Of a DNA stretch of 64,000 nucleotides, positions 62,257-64,000 are shown piece after piece. The position numbers were made by a program, and so were the translations under genes. Each line of letters begins with the position of its first letter. The stretch's first letter is position 1. The DNA is from a virus. Where the stretch lies: positions 36,520 to 100,519 of IMG/VR virus record IMGVR_UViG_3300049844_000277; one strand, written 5' to 3'. The notes below the pieces were generated by a model, which made no database searches, was not told the DNA's origin, and was given only the letters and a program-made list of their open reading frames with translations.

Positions 62257-62261
62257 AGATG

Positions 62262-62459
62262 TTACTCTTTTTCTTTTTTAGCTTTTTCGCGGGAGATAAT
62301 CAGATTCGACGACATCGGAGTTAGTCCGTGTTTGGCGGCGAGCTTCTCTCTTACGTCTTTTGCCGCATCCATGAAACTCTTGAGAAGCTTGTTCTGCGTG
62401 AATCCATTCTTCTTTTGCAGGAATGTGATTTCCCAAGTGAACTTGACGATATCACTCAT
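62262..62459 (-). CDS. Small basic hypothetical protein (65 aa)
   Basis: Intact ORF directly upstream of the tRNA on the same strand. Confidence 0.3.
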   Translation of the reverse strand: MSDIVKFTWEITFLQKKNGFTQNKLLKSFMDAAKDVREKLAAKHGLTPMSSNLIISREKAKKEKE

Positions 62460-62466
62460 TTAGAGA

Positions 62467-62910
62467 TTACCGAGTAACGTAGACACCTAATACCACGCCC
62501 GCTATTACTCCGACGGCGAGGCCGACCCCGCCCGCGATGGCCCACGCTGGAAAAGGTCCGGGGCGTGCCTCTGCAGCGGTAGCGCGCGTCGTCTCAAGTG
62601 TGAGCAGGAAGTTCAGCCTCTCGTTATTTGATTGCAGAGTACTACACGCAGTCTTCTCGGCGTTCAGCGCTTCCTTAAGCTTGCTTACCGCTTTTTCGTG
62701 TTCTACTTTGATTTCGGCGTGCTTATTCTCCAGTTTAGTCAGCCTGTCTATTTCCAAATCCAGCGCAATCAACTTCCAAGCATCGTTGAACTCATAGCAC
62801 GCCTTATCGCCGCACATCTTCCACTTGGGGATGTACTTCAACTCGTTAGCATGCGCGGGTACAGAGAGACAGACGATGATAGTGATAGCGCCGAAGGGTC
62901 TACGGTTCAC
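62467..62910 (-). CDS. Lysis-associated membrane protein candidate: N-terminal signal peptide, coiled coil, C-terminal TM helix (unimolecular-spanin-like topology)
   Basis: MNRRPFGAITIIVCLSVPAHA signal (weak lipobox IIVC); central heptad-rich region; C-terminal WAIAGGVGLAVGVIAGVVLGVYVTR. Confidence 0.35.
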   Translation of the reverse strand: MNRRPFGAITIIVCLSVPAHANELKYIPKWKMCGDKACYEFNDAWKLIALDLEIDRLTKLENKHAEIKVEHEKAVSKLKEALNAEKTACSTLQSNNERLNFLLTLETTRATAAEARPGPFPAWAIAGGVGLAVGVIAGVVLGVYVTR

Positions 62911-63305
62911 AGCTTAACTCCCGCAAGCTTGTTGAGCGCCGTCCAGTCTTTATTTGCTACGGCTTGTAAGAGCTTCATCTGAGTTCGATGTTCTTCTTCG
63001 ATGAGATTGAGCTCTTCCTCTTTTCGCCGGACGGCTTTCAGAGATTCCTCGGCTACAACCTCGGCGACCATCCTTCGCTGCAGATTCGTCTCGACTTTCG
63101 CAGCAACGGCGGCCTGTTCAGCATCGAGCTTCCATCGATTGATTTCGTCTCGACGGATAGCCAATTCAGCGGCCCGCTTCTTAAGCAAACGATGAATCTG
63201 CACAACCATGACGGCAAGAAGTATTCCGCCTAGCAGTTTCCACCACCAGCTAGGCGGGTTCTTCACCTTCTTGGCGAGCTCGAGGATGCGGGATTTGATG
63301 GTCAC
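62907..63305 (-). CDS. i-spanin (Rz)-like type II membrane coiled-coil protein
   Basis: N-terminal TM WWWKLLGGILLAVMVV followed by a charged coiled-coil; stop overlaps the downstream start. Confidence 0.4.
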   Translation of the reverse strand: MTIKSRILELAKKVKNPPSWWWKLLGGILLAVMVVQIHRLLKKRAAELAIRRDEINRWKLDAEQAAVAAKVETNLQRRMVAEVVAEESLKAVRRKEEELNLIEEEHRTQMKLLQAVANKDWTALNKLAGVKL

Positions 63306-63323
63306 GGTTTGTTTACGTAGCTG

Positions 63324-63614
63324 TTAGGCGTCTACTGTCTCTGTTGTATCTTCTTTGGCTTCGTCGTTGGTTTCAGATTCGTCGTCGGCTTTTTCTTTAA
63401 TTTTTGGCAATACGTCGACTGTGAACGTTAGTGTCATAGGGATCGGCGTACTGTTGTTCGCATACTCGTCTACAAGCGTAGCGAGGAATACGAGCTTTAA
63501 TCTGCGTGTAGCATCCTCGGATGTGCTTCCCAAAGCCCACGCCCAGTTCAGTCCTGGGACGAAGGCTTTGTGTGTACCATCGAGCTGCTCTTCGATTCCG
63601 ATGCGGATTAGCAT
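63324..63614 (-). CDS. Small protein with HicB-like (UPF0150) N-terminal fold and acidic tail (96 aa)
   Basis: IRIGIEEQLDGTHKAFVPGLNWAWALGSTSEDATRRLKLVF resembles HicB/DUF1902 N-terminal domains; the tail is DDESETNDEAKEDTTETVDA. Confidence 0.3.
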   Translation of the reverse strand: MLIRIGIEEQLDGTHKAFVPGLNWAWALGSTSEDATRRLKLVFLATLVDEYANNSTPIPMTLTFTVDVLPKIKEKADDESETNDEAKEDTTETVDA

Positions 63615-63623
63615 TTAATAGGC

Positions 63624-64000
63624 TCAAGGAGGACTGATTGTGATCGTTCTCACTGTTCCACCGATTTTTATTTTGAGCGCGGAGCCGGTGACCCAGATGT
63701 CTCCGTCTTGTGGACTTCCTGGATCTCCTGTACGTGGTGCTATGCGTATAGTACCTCGGTTTGAGTTTATCGCAGAGAATATCGCCGCTAAGCCTGTATT
63801 TGCAATATTTTGACCATAGAAGCAGGTATGTGTACCGTTGTTACTCGTATTCGAATCAATGGAGGAGTAATAGCCTATATGCGCTGATGAGCCATTACTA
63901 GGATAGCTATAGGTGGAGAAAGCGTATCCGTCAGAACAAGATCCGATTACCGCGGCCGTCTCCGGGGAGTTTACAGTTGATGACGCGTAAATCCCGCTCG
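63624..64000 (-). CDS. Partial CDS (C-terminal about 125 aa; N-terminus beyond the right window edge), Ser/Thr/Gly-rich tail-fibre-like protein
   Basis: My reverse-strand translation is ...SGIYASSTVNSPETAAVIGSCSDGYAFSTYSYPSNGSSAHIGYY...RTGDPGSPQDGDIWVTGSALKIKIGGTVRTITISPP followed by a stop (TGA, complement of 63624-63626). Confidence 0.45.
   Translation of the reverse strand, partial: SGIYASSTVNSPETAAVIGSCSDGYAFSTYSYPSNGSSAHIGYYSSIDSNTSNNGTHTCFYGQNIANTGLAAIFSAINSNRGTIRIAPRTGDPGSPQDGDIWVTGSALKIKIGGTVRTITISPP

Noticed and set aside
62116-62463. 115-aa plus-strand ORF.
   Set aside because: It runs straight across the tRNA-Asn gene and the small minus-strand gene, so it is a spurious reading frame.
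1-64000. Alternative genetic code (stop-codon reassignment), as seen in some large phages.
   Set aside because: An 8.5-kb ORF and many ORFs over 1 kb are intact under the standard code, and genes end at canonical stops with overlapping start/stop junctions.

Overview
The window looks like a 64-kb slice of a large tailed dsDNA phage genome, most likely a jumbo-type phage. It has the standard genetic code and is densely coding in strand-specific blocks.

Left block, minus strand (1-25.4 kb):
- A run of virion and morphogenesis-like genes, including a 927-aa protein with a Q/M-rich linker and a 419-aa acidic protein with an internal repeat.
- A bacterial-type multisubunit RNA polymerase encoded as a giant 2836-aa beta-beta'(N-terminal) fusion gene (12377..20887). 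It is interrupted by three LAGLIDADG inteins, one of them inside the catalytic NADFDGD loop.
- A separate beta' C-terminal gene (9086..10885), with three small unrelated genes sitting between the two beta' halves.
- A 1003-aa portal-like protein that carries a fourth intein.

Middle block, plus strand (25.4-38.3 kb), a replication and recombination module:
- SNF2 helicase.
- Two Cas4/RecB-like PD-(D/E)XK nucleases.
- HNH endonuclease.
- ParB.
- A divergently oriented sigma-70-family factor with a zinc-ribbon insert.
- A family-A DNA polymerase with an N-terminal UDG-like domain and a mini-intein in the GRLSS-NPNLQNIP motif.
- A DnaQ-like exonuclease.

Right part (38.3-64 kb):
- A 500-bp hairpin-repeat noncoding region.
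- Large terminase.
- An Endonuclease-VII gene, inserted next to a duplicated 5' fragment of a MoxR-like AAA+ gene.
- The MoxR partner gene (HExxH metallopeptidase plus VWA domains), displaced by two opposite-strand genes.
- A tightly coupled three-gene reverse-transcriptase operon behind a strong terminator.
- Tail-fibre-like genes.
- A MazG-like gene.
- An AEP primase followed by an SF3/VirE helicase.
- A 1.1-kb origin-like region with TATTCAGG iterons and a GC-rich island carrying 46-bp direct repeats.
- RuvC-like resolvase.
- Two Bro-N proteins.
- tRNA-Asn(GTT).
- Spanin-like lysis genes.

My ranking of the findings:
- Most interesting: the intein-laden split beta-beta' RNAP together with a phage sigma factor, the RT operon, and the interrupted MoxR-VWA pair.
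- Next: the origin-like repeat region.

All functional calls come from motifs I recognised by eye in the six-frame translations. None are database-verified.
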